The notes beneath the pieces are model-generated. The model saw only the letters and a program-made list of their open reading frames with translations. It was not told where the DNA came from and ran no database searches. A stretch of DNA of 64,000 bases, from NCBI GenBank assembly GCA_016932855.1, contig JAFGCB010000014.1:6496-70495 (forward strand). The letters run 5' to 3'. Below, one piece after another: positions 48,396 through 57,936 of this stretch. The stretch is from Candidatus Omnitrophota bacterium (lineage in GTDB: Bacteria; Omnitrophota; Gorgyraeia; Duberdicusellales; Duberdicusellaceae). How positions within the stretch are numbered: the stretch's first letter is position 1; every line of letters starts with the position of its first letter. Position numbers and translations under genes: made by a program.

Positions 48396-49054
48396 AATAA
48401 ATCCTCTAGAATATCCAAGTTTACCCTGGATAAATCGCTTACCACTATATCAGCCTTATCCAGCCTCCAGGGATTCTGGTAACGGTCAATTCCTACGGTA
48501 AGAAAGCCGCCGCTTTTGCCTGCTTCAACTCCTAATACCGCGTCTTCAAAGACCACACACTGACCGGGCTTAAAACCCAGCTTCTTACAAGCTAAAAGAA
48601 AAATCTCGGGGTCGGGCTTGCCTTTTTCCACTTCACTGCCGCCGACAACCACATCAAACAAATTTGTGATACCTGCTTTTTCCAGTATGGAATAACAATT
48701 TTTGCTGGAAGATATCACACCCGCCTTAAGGGCTTGAGCCTTAAATCGTTTTATTAAATCTATTGCCTCTGGATACACATCCACACCGTATTCCTCTAAA
48801 AATTCCAGGAAATAATTGTGTTTTCGCAAGGAAGCTTGCTTAAGTTCTTCCTCGGTTAAATTATTTAATATGGCCCGGGCTCCGTCTATTCCCGGGATAC
48901 CATCTACTTTGGCTTTATAATCCTGGAAATTGAAACTTTTACCATATTCGGAAAACATTCTCTGCCAGGCTTGGAAATGAAGTTTTACCGTATCTACGAT
49001 GACCCCGTCTAAATCAAATATAGCCGCCTTAAGCCTTCTTTCTTTCTTCTCCAT
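48392..49054 (-). CDS. pgmB: Beta-phosphoglucomutase (HAD superfamily)
   Basis: AAIFDLDGVIVDT...GVISSSKN...VVFEDAVLGVEAGKSGG. 4-nt overlap with the GH65 gene. Confidence 0.75.
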   Translation of the reverse strand: MEKKERRLKAAIFDLDGVIVDTVKLHFQAWQRMFSEYGKSFNFQDYKAKVDGIPGIDGARAILNNLTEEELKQASLRKHNYFLEFLEEYGVDVYPEAIDLIKRFKAQALKAGVISSSKNCYSILEKAGITNLFDVVVGGSEVEKGKPDPEIFLLACKKLGFKPGQCVVFEDAVLGVEAGKSGGFLTVGIDRYQNPWRLDKADIVVSDLSRVNLDILEDLL

Positions 49055-49676
49055 AGGTGTAGTTTACTATCTTGCTCTTACTTAAATCCAGGTTCGGCAC
49101 TATTATAATGGACTTATCTTCAGCTAAAAACCTGGACCGGCGCACGCCGATGCTTAAAACCTCCACAATTTCACCGGTAGGGATTTTAATCTTATCTTTT
49201 ACTGTAAAGGGCTTATCGATCATAATAAGAAACCCGGCAATTATATTGGCGATAGTATCCTGGGCAGCCAGAGCAATAGCCAGTGAACTTACGCCTAAAG
49301 CAGTTATAAGCGCGCTTATATTGACTCCGTAGAAGGGAAGAATCACAAGAAAAGCTACAACCCAGATAATAAGCTTAAGTGTCCTGCGGGCGATAGGTAT
49401 CAACTCATCATCAAGCGTGGTTGTGGTCTTTACAGCTATATTATCTCTATACCACTCCAGCATAGCTGACACAATCCTGTGAATAATAAAGGCCGCGCAG
49501 ATAATAAAAGCGGTAGCAATGTATTTTTTAAGAGACGCCTTAAGAGCCTCTGAGATTAAAGGATATATCCTTGTTCTGTAAATGACGTAGTTTGCGATAA
49601 ACAAAACCAGAACAATCAAAGGCAGTATTGACTTCTTTATTATTTCCCAGGAAATCTTCTTAGAAATTCTGCTCAT
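49029..49676 (-). CDS. Mechanosensitive ion channel family protein (short MscS-like)
   Basis: LAAQDTIANIIAGFLIMIDKPFTVKDKIKI matches the MscS pore-helix/beta-domain signature. 215 aa with 3 TM. Confidence 0.6.
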   Translation of the reverse strand: MSRISKKISWEIIKKSILPLIVLVLFIANYVIYRTRIYPLISEALKASLKKYIATAFIICAAFIIHRIVSAMLEWYRDNIAVKTTTTLDDELIPIARRTLKLIIWVVAFLVILPFYGVNISALITALGVSSLAIALAAQDTIANIIAGFLIMIDKPFTVKDKIKIPTGEIVEVLSIGVRRSRFLAEDKSIIIVPNLDLSKSKIVNYTYGEERKKA

Positions 49677-49819
49677 GTTACCTTCTTCTTTTGAACGGCC
49701 AAAAAAAGCAGCTAAATCAAACCTGCCTTAGAAAGCCTGTTAATCATATATTATATAGAAAAATAGAGGTTTTTAAAGGATTTTGTTAGGCCGCAAGCAG
49801 AGACAGAAAATAAGGTTTT

Positions 49820-50473
49820 TTAGCGGTGTCTTTCTACCTTCTTCCGGGGACAAAGCTTCTTAGCCCTGCATTTACCGCAAAAAGGCGAAACAGGTAAGCA
49901 GATATTCTGACCGAAAGCCACGAAAACTGTATTAAGTCTTATCCAATATTTTTCAGGCATTATCTTCATTAATTCCTGCTCGGTCTCCAAAGGCTTCTTG
50001 GTAGCTACCCAGCCAAGCCTGTTGGATATCCGGTGCACATGGGTATCAACGCATATAGAAGAAACCCCGTAGCTTAAGCCTAAAACCAGATTAGCGGTTT
50101 TTCTTCCCACTCCTTTAAGCCCAAGCAATTTTTCTAAACTGGAAGGAACTTTGCCTTTGTATGTATCAATGATGTCTTTGCTTAAACTCAAGATAACCTT
50201 TGCTTTGTTGCGGTAAAAGCCTACCGGATAGATTAGCCTGGCTATATCCCTGCCGGAAAGCTTTAGCATCTGGCCGGGATTAGATACTTTTGCAAAAAGC
50301 CTTCCCGAAGCCTCGGCTGTTGTCTTATCTTTAGTCCTTAAACTTAAGATGCAGGAAATCAGGACCTTGTATGGATCTTTGTCTTTATCGGATACTTTGG
50401 TAACCCAAGGAACATTTAACCCCTTGACCTGCCTTTCGATTAACTTGAATATTCTAACGTATTTATTATTCAA
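49820..50473 (-). CDS. nth: Endonuclease III (HhH-GPD base-excision glycosylase with 4Fe-4S)
   Basis: HhH LKGVGRKTANLVL, catalytic VDTHVHRISNRLGW, Cys cluster CLPVSPFCGKCRAKKLC. Confidence 0.85.
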   Translation of the reverse strand: MNNKYVRIFKLIERQVKGLNVPWVTKVSDKDKDPYKVLISCILSLRTKDKTTAEASGRLFAKVSNPGQMLKLSGRDIARLIYPVGFYRNKAKVILSLSKDIIDTYKGKVPSSLEKLLGLKGVGRKTANLVLGLSYGVSSICVDTHVHRISNRLGWVATKKPLETEQELMKIMPEKYWIRLNTVFVAFGQNICLPVSPFCGKCRAKKLCPRKKVERHR

Positions 50474-50648
50474 AATATTCCTTCGTTATCCGGTTACGTA
50501 GCGTCTGGAAAAATATATTAGGCAATCTTTTATTTAGCCTTTCAACGCTTGCCGATTAACTTTTCCAGCTACGCAACCGATTGACGATTAGCCAGCATCC
50601 CCAATTGCTAATTTTTCATTGATAATTTCAAATTGAATATCGCGGAGA

Positions 50649-51578
50649 CTAAAATTTATTTTTAAGGTAGTCTCGAACTGATATAGCAGCGATTGTGCCT
50701 TCGGCGCAGGCTGTGTCTATCTGGCGGACTTCCTTGGAGCGGATATCTCCGGCCGCAAACACGCCCTCAAGAGAGGTCTTCATGCGCTCATCTGTAACAA
50801 TATAACCGTGTTGGTCCAACTCGATTAGGCCTTTTACGAAATCAGAATTAGGCAGATACCCCGCATATATAAATACCCCCTGAACAGGTATATCTTTTTC
50901 CTTATCAGTCGCTCTGTCTTTTATAATAACAGCCTCGACAATATCTTTTCCCTTTATGACGGTAAGCTTATGATTTAAGAAAAACTTTGCTTTTTCATTC
51001 TTTTGAATTCTTTCCTGCAAAATCTTTTGAGCGGTCATATAGGGCAAAAATTCAATGAAAGTAACGCTTTTGGTATATTTCAAAAGAGCCTCGCCCTCCT
51101 GAAGTCCTGAATTTCCGCATCCGATAACAGAAACGTCCTTGCCTTTAAATAAGGGGCCGTCGCAGGTGGCACAATAGGAAACCCCCTTACCCTTAAAAAC
51201 ATCTTCCCCGGGAATATCAAGCCTTTTGGGAACGCTGCCTGAAGCTACTATCACTGCCCAGGCCTTAAAAACCTCTTGATCGGTCTTTAAAACAAATTCT
51301 TTGTTATTTAAAGAGAGGTTGTTTACTTCCTTAAACTCGGTTATCTCAGCCCCGAAACGGCCTGCCTGCTCCTTGAATCTATCCATAAGCTCCATGCCGC
51401 TTATTCCTTCGGCAAACCCGGGATAATTCTCAACCAAATCAGTGGAAGCCGCAAGACCTCCAGTAAGGTTTTTTTCTAAGACAAGAGTCTTGATTGACTC
51501 CCTGGAAGTATAAATAGCCGCGGTGAGTCCGGCGGCGCCGCCGCCGATAATAATCACATCGTAAATTTTAGTCTCCAT
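50649..51578 (-). CDS. trxB: Thioredoxin-disulfide reductase
   Basis: FAD GxGxxG DVIIIGGGAAGLTAAIY, redox CATCDG, NADPH site, C-terminal GDIR. Confidence 0.85.
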   Translation of the reverse strand: METKIYDVIIIGGGAAGLTAAIYTSRESIKTLVLEKNLTGGLAASTDLVENYPGFAEGISGMELMDRFKEQAGRFGAEITEFKEVNNLSLNNKEFVLKTDQEVFKAWAVIVASGSVPKRLDIPGEDVFKGKGVSYCATCDGPLFKGKDVSVIGCGNSGLQEGEALLKYTKSVTFIEFLPYMTAQKILQERIQKNEKAKFFLNHKLTVIKGKDIVEAVIIKDRATDKEKDIPVQGVFIYAGYLPNSDFVKGLIELDQHGYIVTDERMKTSLEGVFAAGDIRSKEVRQIDTACAEGTIAAISVRDYLKNKF

Positions 51579-51639
51579 AACGATATCTCATTATACTACC
51601 AGCAAATAATCTGGTTAATCGCCAATTCTTTAATGACCA

Positions 51640-51775
51640 ATGACTAATGAAATCCCAAATCCCAATACTACCAAATCCCAAATAAATCCCAAATCCAAAA
51701 TCCAAATATTGGGATTTGGAAATTAGGATTTGTTTGGTAGTATTGGTAGTATTTGACATTGGGATTTGATTTTTT
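51640..51775. repeat. About 130-bp imperfect palindrome built from AAATCCCAAAT-type units
   Basis: Left arm aaatcccaaatcccaatactaccaaatcccaaataaatcccaaatccaaaatccaaatatt is mirrored by gggatttgg...tttggtagtattggtagtatttg...gggatttga. Confidence 0.6.
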
Positions 51776-51867
51776 TATTCGCAATTCGGACTTGGTCATC
51801 AGACATTAAAATGCATATATATTTTGAAATATGAAATTCGTTTATAGTTTGGTGTCTTTAGTCTGAT

Positions 51868-52260
51868 TTAGGACGGCTGGTCTTTGTCAATTTCTTTCTG
51901 CTGTAAATCAGTCAGGAATTCATCCAGATACTTCTCCGCTGCTTCCATGGTTGAGAAATAATTATCGGGCAAAACTTGCACTGCCTCAAAAACCTTCTTT
52001 ATCTGAGGCTGAAGGTTTATTATAGCTAAGGTGCCTTCGTACTCGGCAAGGGCCATCTTGGTTTTAAATATGACGCTTAAGCCCATGCTGCTTATATAGG
52101 TTACACCCTGCATATCAAACATAATTGCCTTTGTTGTTTTAACTAGAATAGGCTTAAGCTGCTCTTCTAAAATAGTATAGGTCTCTGTATCAATAGAGCC
52201 GACAGGCGCAACGGTAAATACCCCTTCTTCCTTCTTGGTCAATGTGACTTTAAGTGGCAT
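51868..52260 (-). CDS. STAS-domain protein (anti-sigma-factor antagonist, SpoIIAA/RsbV-like)
   Basis: 130 aa. DMQGVTYISSMGLSVIF (the phosphorylatable Ser region). Confidence 0.65.
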   Translation of the reverse strand: MPLKVTLTKKEEGVFTVAPVGSIDTETYTILEEQLKPILVKTTKAIMFDMQGVTYISSMGLSVIFKTKMALAEYEGTLAIINLQPQIKKVFEAVQVLPDNYFSTMEAAEKYLDEFLTDLQQKEIDKDQPS

Positions 52261-52334
52261 ATTACGACCTCCGGTCTTAGTATTTTATCTCTTTATGAAA
52301 TTTATTCAAGGGAATTGATTTCCGGCTTCCCGGG

Positions 52335-52727
52335 CTACCGGGGATTAATAATCTCCCAGTATTCAAGCTCGCCGTTAGGATTGAAAAACAGATAGATTTT
52401 CTCGCCTTCAAACCAATCACTCTGGCCTTCTTTATATACCCACTTGTCGCCGTATTCCTTAGAAAAGACTATTACCGGCTTACCGAATAACTTTAAGGCC
52501 CTTTCTTTGGAAATGCCTTTTTCTATCGTATTATCCTCTATGTGTTTTTTGACTCTTAAGAAATTTACGGTTTCCTCATGTAAGGCTCTTTCTTTTAATT
52601 TGTCGCTTTTACCCACCTGCATCAAAGTATTAAGTCCGCTTAATTTTGCGCATCCGCTGAAATAGATAAGGGCTGCCCCGCATAAAACACTGACCTGGAT
52701 TATCCTAAGGGAATTTCTTTTCTTCAT
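52335..52727 (-). CDS. Putative lipoprotein, unknown function
   Basis: Signal peptide + LIYFSGC lipobox. Confidence 0.4.
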   Translation of the reverse strand: MKKRNSLRIIQVSVLCGAALIYFSGCAKLSGLNTLMQVGKSDKLKERALHEETVNFLRVKKHIEDNTIEKGISKERALKLFGKPVIVFSKEYGDKWVYKEGQSDWFEGEKIYLFFNPNGELEYWEIINPR

Positions 52728-52774
52728 GTCTATTTACTTAAGATTATAGCAAATTATCGCCATTGAACCCAGCC

Positions 52775-54739
52775 TTAATTAACGCTGTCGCCGGCGGGCT
52801 TTTCCGCGCCCACTTCAAGTAAAATAAGCGTTATGTCATCATGCTGGCTAAGGCCTTTGGAAAACTGAAAAAGCTTATCCTTAATAATATTTAAAATAAC
52901 CTCTGCGCAAGACCCCCTATTCTCAAACAAAAGCCTCTTGGCCGGCTCAAGCTCAAACTCCGCTCCTTTCTTGTCCCGGGCTTCGGTCAATCCGTCGGTA
53001 TAGAGAAGAAACTTATCCTTATCATTCAGGACCCTTTCAAAAGAGCTGTACTCCAATGATCCCACTACGCCTAAAGGAGGGCCTGAATCCGGCAAAAACT
53101 CAATAACCTCATCAGCCTTGGAATCATAAAAGGCAATAGGAGAATGCCCGGCGCAGGAAGCAGTCATCAGATGACTGTCCATATCTATAATCAGGTAAAG
53201 GGCGGTAACAAACCTGCCTTTAAGAACCCTTGAAAGCTCGGTGTTTAGTTTAGTTAAGACTTCAGCCGGATTATCCAGGTTAGTTGCGAAGACCCGGAAC
53301 AAGGATACTGTTTGGGCCATAATCAAAGAGGCGGGAACGCCCTTGCCGGATACATCACCGATGAAAACTCCCATTTTATTTTCTGACAGAGGCACGACAT
53401 CGTAAAGGTCTCCGGCAACGAATTTAGCCGGCTTAAAAAAACAAGCCAGGTTAAGCCCGGGACATTCTTTTATCTTTTGGGGGAGAAAACTATCCTGGAT
53501 TTTATGGGCGATCTCCAGCTCCTTTTCTATAAGCTCTCTTTTTCTTATCTCCTTAATCACTCTATAAAGGGTCGAACCGGCGTAGGTAAAAACAATAATA
53601 AATAAGGGAAAGAATAAGTCTGTCCATAACCCGCAGAAAATAAAGGCGCTAAAAGATAAAATAAAATAACCTAAGCCCAGCCCCAGGCTTCCTAAAAAAG
53701 ACTTCAGAGGAATAAACTTAAGACAAATAAACAGACATAAAATAAAAATACTAATATTTATAAGAGTATTTAGAAAATCAGGGGCTTCTCTTATAAATTT
53801 CTGGGTAAGAATGCTGTTTAATACGCTTGCCTGAAGGCCGACCATAGGATAGATATTATCCAAAGGCGTGGGCTTAAAATCCGATGTCCCGGAAGCGGTA
53901 AGACCTATAATGCAGATTGCATCTTTAATCTCGGACAAGTCTATGGCGGGTCTTAGGCCCTGCTGGACATCGGTATAAGCTTGAAGAATCGAAAGAAAAG
54001 ATAAATGCTTAAAAGACTTCTCCCAGACATCAGGATAATTCACCAGAAGAGATGCGTTAGAAGATACGGGAAGAGAAAGCTTTTTGTCGATAGTAAGGAT
54101 TCCTTTCTTGAACTCTGCATTATTACTATTCAACCCTAAAAAATCACAAGCTACCTTCAAAGCCAGATGCGGCACTAATCCATCTTTGTATTTTATAAAT
54201 AGGGGGACTTTCCTTCGCTTTCCGTCGGAATCAGGAGGAGAATTTATATGACCCATGCCCTTAGCATAATCAGAAAAATCTTTAAAAACCCCGGCGTCAA
54301 TACTCGCGGCTTCCAAAGGCTTATATCCTCCTGTCTTTGCTCTATTAATCCCGAAAGCTAAAGGAAGATAGACGTTTTCCGCCTTTTGTATAGACCGAGA
54401 AAGATACTCATCATGCAGACTAAGGGCGCCCCGGTCACTGAAAATAATGTCAAAGACTATGCTCTTTGCCTTATATTCCTTTAAAACATCTACCAGGGCT
54501 GCGTGGAATTCACGGGGGATAGGCCAAGTGCCTAATCTTTTCAAGGCATCATCGGATATTTCAATAAGAACTATTTTTGGCGAGACTTTTTGAGACGGCC
54601 GCAGCCTAAACCTTAAATCATAAAAGAGAAGCTCGTAATTATCAAAGGCTCTAAAATAAGAAACACTGAAAATAACTAAAAAACTTATAATAATTATCCA
54701 TGATCCCAAAGAAATATTCTTCAGAGATTTCATCGGCAA
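52775..54739 (-). CDS. CHASE2 sensor domain + PP2C/SpoIIE-type Ser/Thr phosphatase (RsbU-like)
   Basis: CHASE2 LGTWPIPREFHAALVDVL...FDIIFSD; TM segments. PPM domain GDVSGKGVPASLIMAQT. Confidence 0.7.
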   Translation of the reverse strand: MPMKSLKNISLGSWIIIISFLVIFSVSYFRAFDNYELLFYDLRFRLRPSQKVSPKIVLIEISDDALKRLGTWPIPREFHAALVDVLKEYKAKSIVFDIIFSDRGALSLHDEYLSRSIQKAENVYLPLAFGINRAKTGGYKPLEAASIDAGVFKDFSDYAKGMGHINSPPDSDGKRRKVPLFIKYKDGLVPHLALKVACDFLGLNSNNAEFKKGILTIDKKLSLPVSSNASLLVNYPDVWEKSFKHLSFLSILQAYTDVQQGLRPAIDLSEIKDAICIIGLTASGTSDFKPTPLDNIYPMVGLQASVLNSILTQKFIREAPDFLNTLINISIFILCLFICLKFIPLKSFLGSLGLGLGYFILSFSAFIFCGLWTDLFFPLFIIVFTYAGSTLYRVIKEIRKRELIEKELEIAHKIQDSFLPQKIKECPGLNLACFFKPAKFVAGDLYDVVPLSENKMGVFIGDVSGKGVPASLIMAQTVSLFRVFATNLDNPAEVLTKLNTELSRVLKGRFVTALYLIIDMDSHLMTASCAGHSPIAFYDSKADEVIEFLPDSGPPLGVVGSLEYSSFERVLNDKDKFLLYTDGLTEARDKKGAEFELEPAKRLLFENRGSCAEVILNIIKDKLFQFSKGLSQHDDITLILLEVGAEKPAGDSVN

Positions 54740-54800
54740 AAGGCAAGTGTTTCACAAAGAATAAATGAGTCCGGAATCGGCCTTAAGGCCGGGGTTTTGT

Positions 54801-55481
54801 TTATTTTTTTTCTTTTCCTTTATGCAGAATTTTCCAGGGATGCAGCTTTATATCTTGGCTGAACTCCTCGAAATTTCCGGTCGTGGCCTCCAAATTCTCG
54901 ATAATCGCTGTTATCCTGTCCTGATTGGCCTCCACGGTATAATTAAGGTTCTTGGCCAGCTTCTTGACCTCGTCGGTTAAGCTGTTCACGTTTACTATAA
55001 GAGAATCCAGGTTTTCGGATATACCTTCGGCTTCCTCCATCAAAACATCCAAATCCATAGAGGATGTTCCTTCAAGAAGCGACCCGGGTTTTATGAAGGC
55101 TTCTCCTTTACTGGAGGCGATTTGGATGAACTTTTCTCCCATAAGCCCCAGGGTTTTTATGGTAATTTTGGGATCCGCCCAGATTTTTATGCCTTTATTG
55201 ATTAATAATTTTAATTTTACCTGGGTTTGGCCTTCGTTATATGAAACATCTATCTGCTGAACTCTGCCTACTTCAAGGCCGTTTACCATTACCGGAGAAT
55301 TTTTTTGAATACCAGAGACGTCGTCAAAGACAACGTATACATTGTAGCCTTCGTCCCGGACGTGCAGCTTTCCGGTGCTAAGAATCAAATACAAGAAACC
55401 CGCCACGCAGGCAAAAAAGAAAATCCCCACCTTAACCTCATTGCTAAATTTTTTCATGCGACTCTCCTTTAACGACGACAC
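54801..55481 (-). CDS. mlaD: MCE-domain protein, MlaD-like
   Basis: N-terminal TM. MCE fold YNVYVVFDDVSGIQKNSPVMVNGLEVGRVQQIDV. Confidence 0.7.
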   Translation of the reverse strand: MSSLKESRMKKFSNEVKVGIFFFACVAGFLYLILSTGKLHVRDEGYNVYVVFDDVSGIQKNSPVMVNGLEVGRVQQIDVSYNEGQTQVKLKLLINKGIKIWADPKITIKTLGLMGEKFIQIASSKGEAFIKPGSLLEGTSSMDLDVLMEEAEGISENLDSLIVNVNSLTDEVKKLAKNLNYTVEANQDRITAIIENLEATTGNFEEFSQDIKLHPWKILHKGKEKK

Positions 55482-55716
55482 AATTTATGGAGCCCCGAAT
55501 CTTAGGAACGACATAAATTGTACGTCGGAGTTCCCCGCCTCATTAATAATATTATTCTTAAGCGGGGTCCCGCTAAATATTAGAAAATATTTGGGAGCGG
55601 GAAAACCCAACACCTTTATTTTATTCCTGTAAACACCCCAGGGGTATAGGGGTGAAATTCGGCCAACCTGCTTGCGTTAGGCAACTTCGCTGCCTAACGT
55701 AAGCGCAGGCCTCATT

Positions 55717-56526
55717 TCATTTCCCGAATTCTTCAAAAAGATCAACGTCCTCGGTAAAAAAATCTATCGGCCCTTCGGGAAGACCGTTTATAAACTGTTT
55801 TATATATTCATTATCGGAATTCTTTATCTCCTCGGGCGTGCCTACTTTAACAATGCTTCCCTGATGAACCATGGCCACTCTATCGGCGATTCTGAAAACG
55901 CTCTGCATATCGTGAGTCACTACCACCGAGGTAATAAGCAGCTTAGCGCTTAAGTCTTTGATTAGTTTATCGATTACTCCTCCTACAACAGGATCAAGCC
56001 CTGAAGTAGGCTCATCATAAAAGACGACATAAGGGTCCAAAGCAATGGCCCGGGCAAGGCCTACGCGCTTGCGCATGCCTCCGGAAATCTTGGAAGGGTA
56101 ATAAGATTCAAAACCCCGCAAGCCCACTAAAGAAAGCTTCATTTTAACAATTATCCTTATGATATTCTCATCCAGCTTAGTATGTTCTCTAAGAGGCAAA
56201 GCCACGTTTTCGTCCACCGTCAAGGAATCCAAAAGAGCTGAATATTGAAAAAGCATTCCGAAAGACTTTCTTATCTGATCTAATTCTTCGATGTCTATGC
56301 GGCTTATATCTTTTCCTCTAATAAATATATTTCCTTCATCGGGTTTGATAATCCCGGTCATAAGTCTTAAAAGGGTGCTTTTACCCGAACCCGAACAGCC
56401 CATGATGACAAAAGTTTCTCCGCTGTAAATATCAAAATTTACGTTATCGATAATCTTTCGACCGTCGAAAAACTTGCTCACACCTTTTAAAGATATTACT
56501 TTTTCCTTGGAAATATTTTGGCTCAT
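55717..56526 (-). CDS. mlaF: ABC transporter ATP-binding protein, MlaF-like
   Basis: Walker A GCSGSGKSTLL, signature ISGGMRKRV, Walker B VFYDEPTSGLDP. The start is moved to the internal Met to avoid a 47-nt overlap. Confidence 0.8.
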   Translation of the reverse strand: MSQNISKEKVISLKGVSKFFDGRKIIDNVNFDIYSGETFVIMGCSGSGKSTLLRLMTGIIKPDEGNIFIRGKDISRIDIEELDQIRKSFGMLFQYSALLDSLTVDENVALPLREHTKLDENIIRIIVKMKLSLVGLRGFESYYPSKISGGMRKRVGLARAIALDPYVVFYDEPTSGLDPVVGGVIDKLIKDLSAKLLITSVVVTHDMQSVFRIADRVAMVHQGSIVKVGTPEEIKNSDNEYIKQFINGLPEGPIDFFTEDVDLFEEFGK

Positions 56527-56527
56527 T

Positions 56528-57316
56528 TTATATATTAGAGAAATAAAATATTGCGGTAAGAAAACAATCAGCAAGAATAATAAGAATAAAACTGATCACG
56601 ACGCTTCGGGTAGTAGACCTTCCTACGCCCTCAGCGCCCTTTGTAGTATTTAAGCCTTCAAAACAAGCAATAAGAGCAATGATCATGGCGAATACAAAAG
56701 ATTTCAAAAGTCCGGTATATACGTCCTTTAGCTCCAAATATTTAAAACTAGTCTGCATGTATAAATAGGGGTTTATATTCAGACTTCCTGACCCCACTAT
56801 GAATCCTCCCATGATTCCCGAAATATTACCCACCACAGTAAGACAGGGCAACATGAAAAATAAGGCTAAAAACCTAGGCACCGCTAAAAATCTTATAGGA
56901 TTTATAGCCATGGTCTCCAGGGCCTCTATCTGCTCGGTGACTTTCATTGTTCCCAGTTCCGCGGCAATTGCCGAGCCAACCCTGCCGGCAACCACCAAAG
57001 CCGTAAGCACAGGGCTTAACTCCCTGCATAAAGATATTGAAACAAGAGAGGCCACATAGATAACAGCGCCCATTTTTTCCAACTGATAGGCTGACTGCAT
57101 AGCAAGGACTATCCCCGTAAATATCGCCACGAAGAATACTATTACAATAGAGCGAAGCCCGGCAAACCCCATTTGGTAAAATATGCTCTCAAGCTTAGCG
57201 GTCTTTTTCTTAAAAGGGCCGAAGACTATCCAGTATACAATCTGAATGAATAAAGACCCTATGCCTTTTGCTCCTTTAAAAATATCAAGAATAAATCTGC
57301 CTACGCGAGTAACCAT
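56528..57316 (-). CDS. mlaE: ABC transporter permease, MlaE-like
   Basis: About 260 aa, 5-6 TM. Directly upstream of mlaF. Start placed at the internal Met. Confidence 0.65.
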   Translation of the reverse strand: MVTRVGRFILDIFKGAKGIGSLFIQIVYWIVFGPFKKKTAKLESIFYQMGFAGLRSIVIVFFVAIFTGIVLAMQSAYQLEKMGAVIYVASLVSISLCRELSPVLTALVVAGRVGSAIAAELGTMKVTEQIEALETMAINPIRFLAVPRFLALFFMLPCLTVVGNISGIMGGFIVGSGSLNINPYLYMQTSFKYLELKDVYTGLLKSFVFAMIIALIACFEGLNTTKGAEGVGRSTTRSVVISFILIILADCFLTAIFYFSNI

Positions 57317-57317
57317 A

Positions 57318-57650
57318 TTATAAGCTTTGCAAGGCCTCCTGGCGGCTCTCGAAGATCTCAAAAAGTTTATCGAGCTTGGTTATCTCAAAGACATTCTTTA
57401 CCTTCTGGCTCATATTACTAAAACACAGCCTTCCTCCGGCGCGTTTTAAGCGCTGCAGCATTTCAATCAAAGTAGCAAGGCCGGAACTATCGATGTAGGA
57501 AACGCTGGAAAAATCAACAAGAACTTTGCTCTCCTTGTTGCGTATAATTTCATCAAAGGCCTTCCTTAATTCGGGAGAAGTATTGATATTTACTTCGCCT
57601 TCCAAAATACATACAAGCACTCCGTTAGCTCTTTCTTCTTTTACATTCAC
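57318..57650 (-). CDS. STAS-domain protein (MlaB-like or anti-sigma antagonist)
   Basis: VDFSSVSYIDSSGLATLIEML. First gene of the mla operon and adjacent to the RsbW-like kinase. Confidence 0.65.
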   Translation of the reverse strand: MNVKEERANGVLVCILEGEVNINTSPELRKAFDEIIRNKESKVLVDFSSVSYIDSSGLATLIEMLQRLKRAGGRLCFSNMSQKVKNVFEITKLDKLFEIFESRQEALQSL

Positions 57651-57936
57651 GGCCTTCCTCCTTCAATGACCCCGAACCCTGAAAGGGTGAGGGGGAATTC
57701 CCCGCCTCATTAACAGTATTATTTTCGGCGGGGTCCCGCCTTACATAAATACGCCATATTTAGGTGGCGGGAGATCTCGGACCCCGACGAAGTCAGGGTG
57801 AAAGATCTTATTTAGGTTAATTTCATTCTACATAGAGCGTTTAATGAGACCATCCCCTTTATTAAGAGAGGTGATCGCTTTTTTTTCAGACTTTAATATA
57901 TTTAATAAATTAAATACCAATGATAATGAGGCGGGC

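Noticed and set aside
51568-51759. 63-aa minus-strand ORF overlapping the trxB start
   Set aside because: It lies entirely within the AAATCCCAAAT palindromic repeat and its translation is low-complexity. More likely a non-coding structured element.
55673-55697. Perfect 9-bp hairpin cgttaggca-acttcgc-tgcctaacg just after the mlaF stop
   Set aside because: It lacks a downstream U-tract, so it was not called as an intrinsic terminator. It may be part of the structured leader element listed in the findings.
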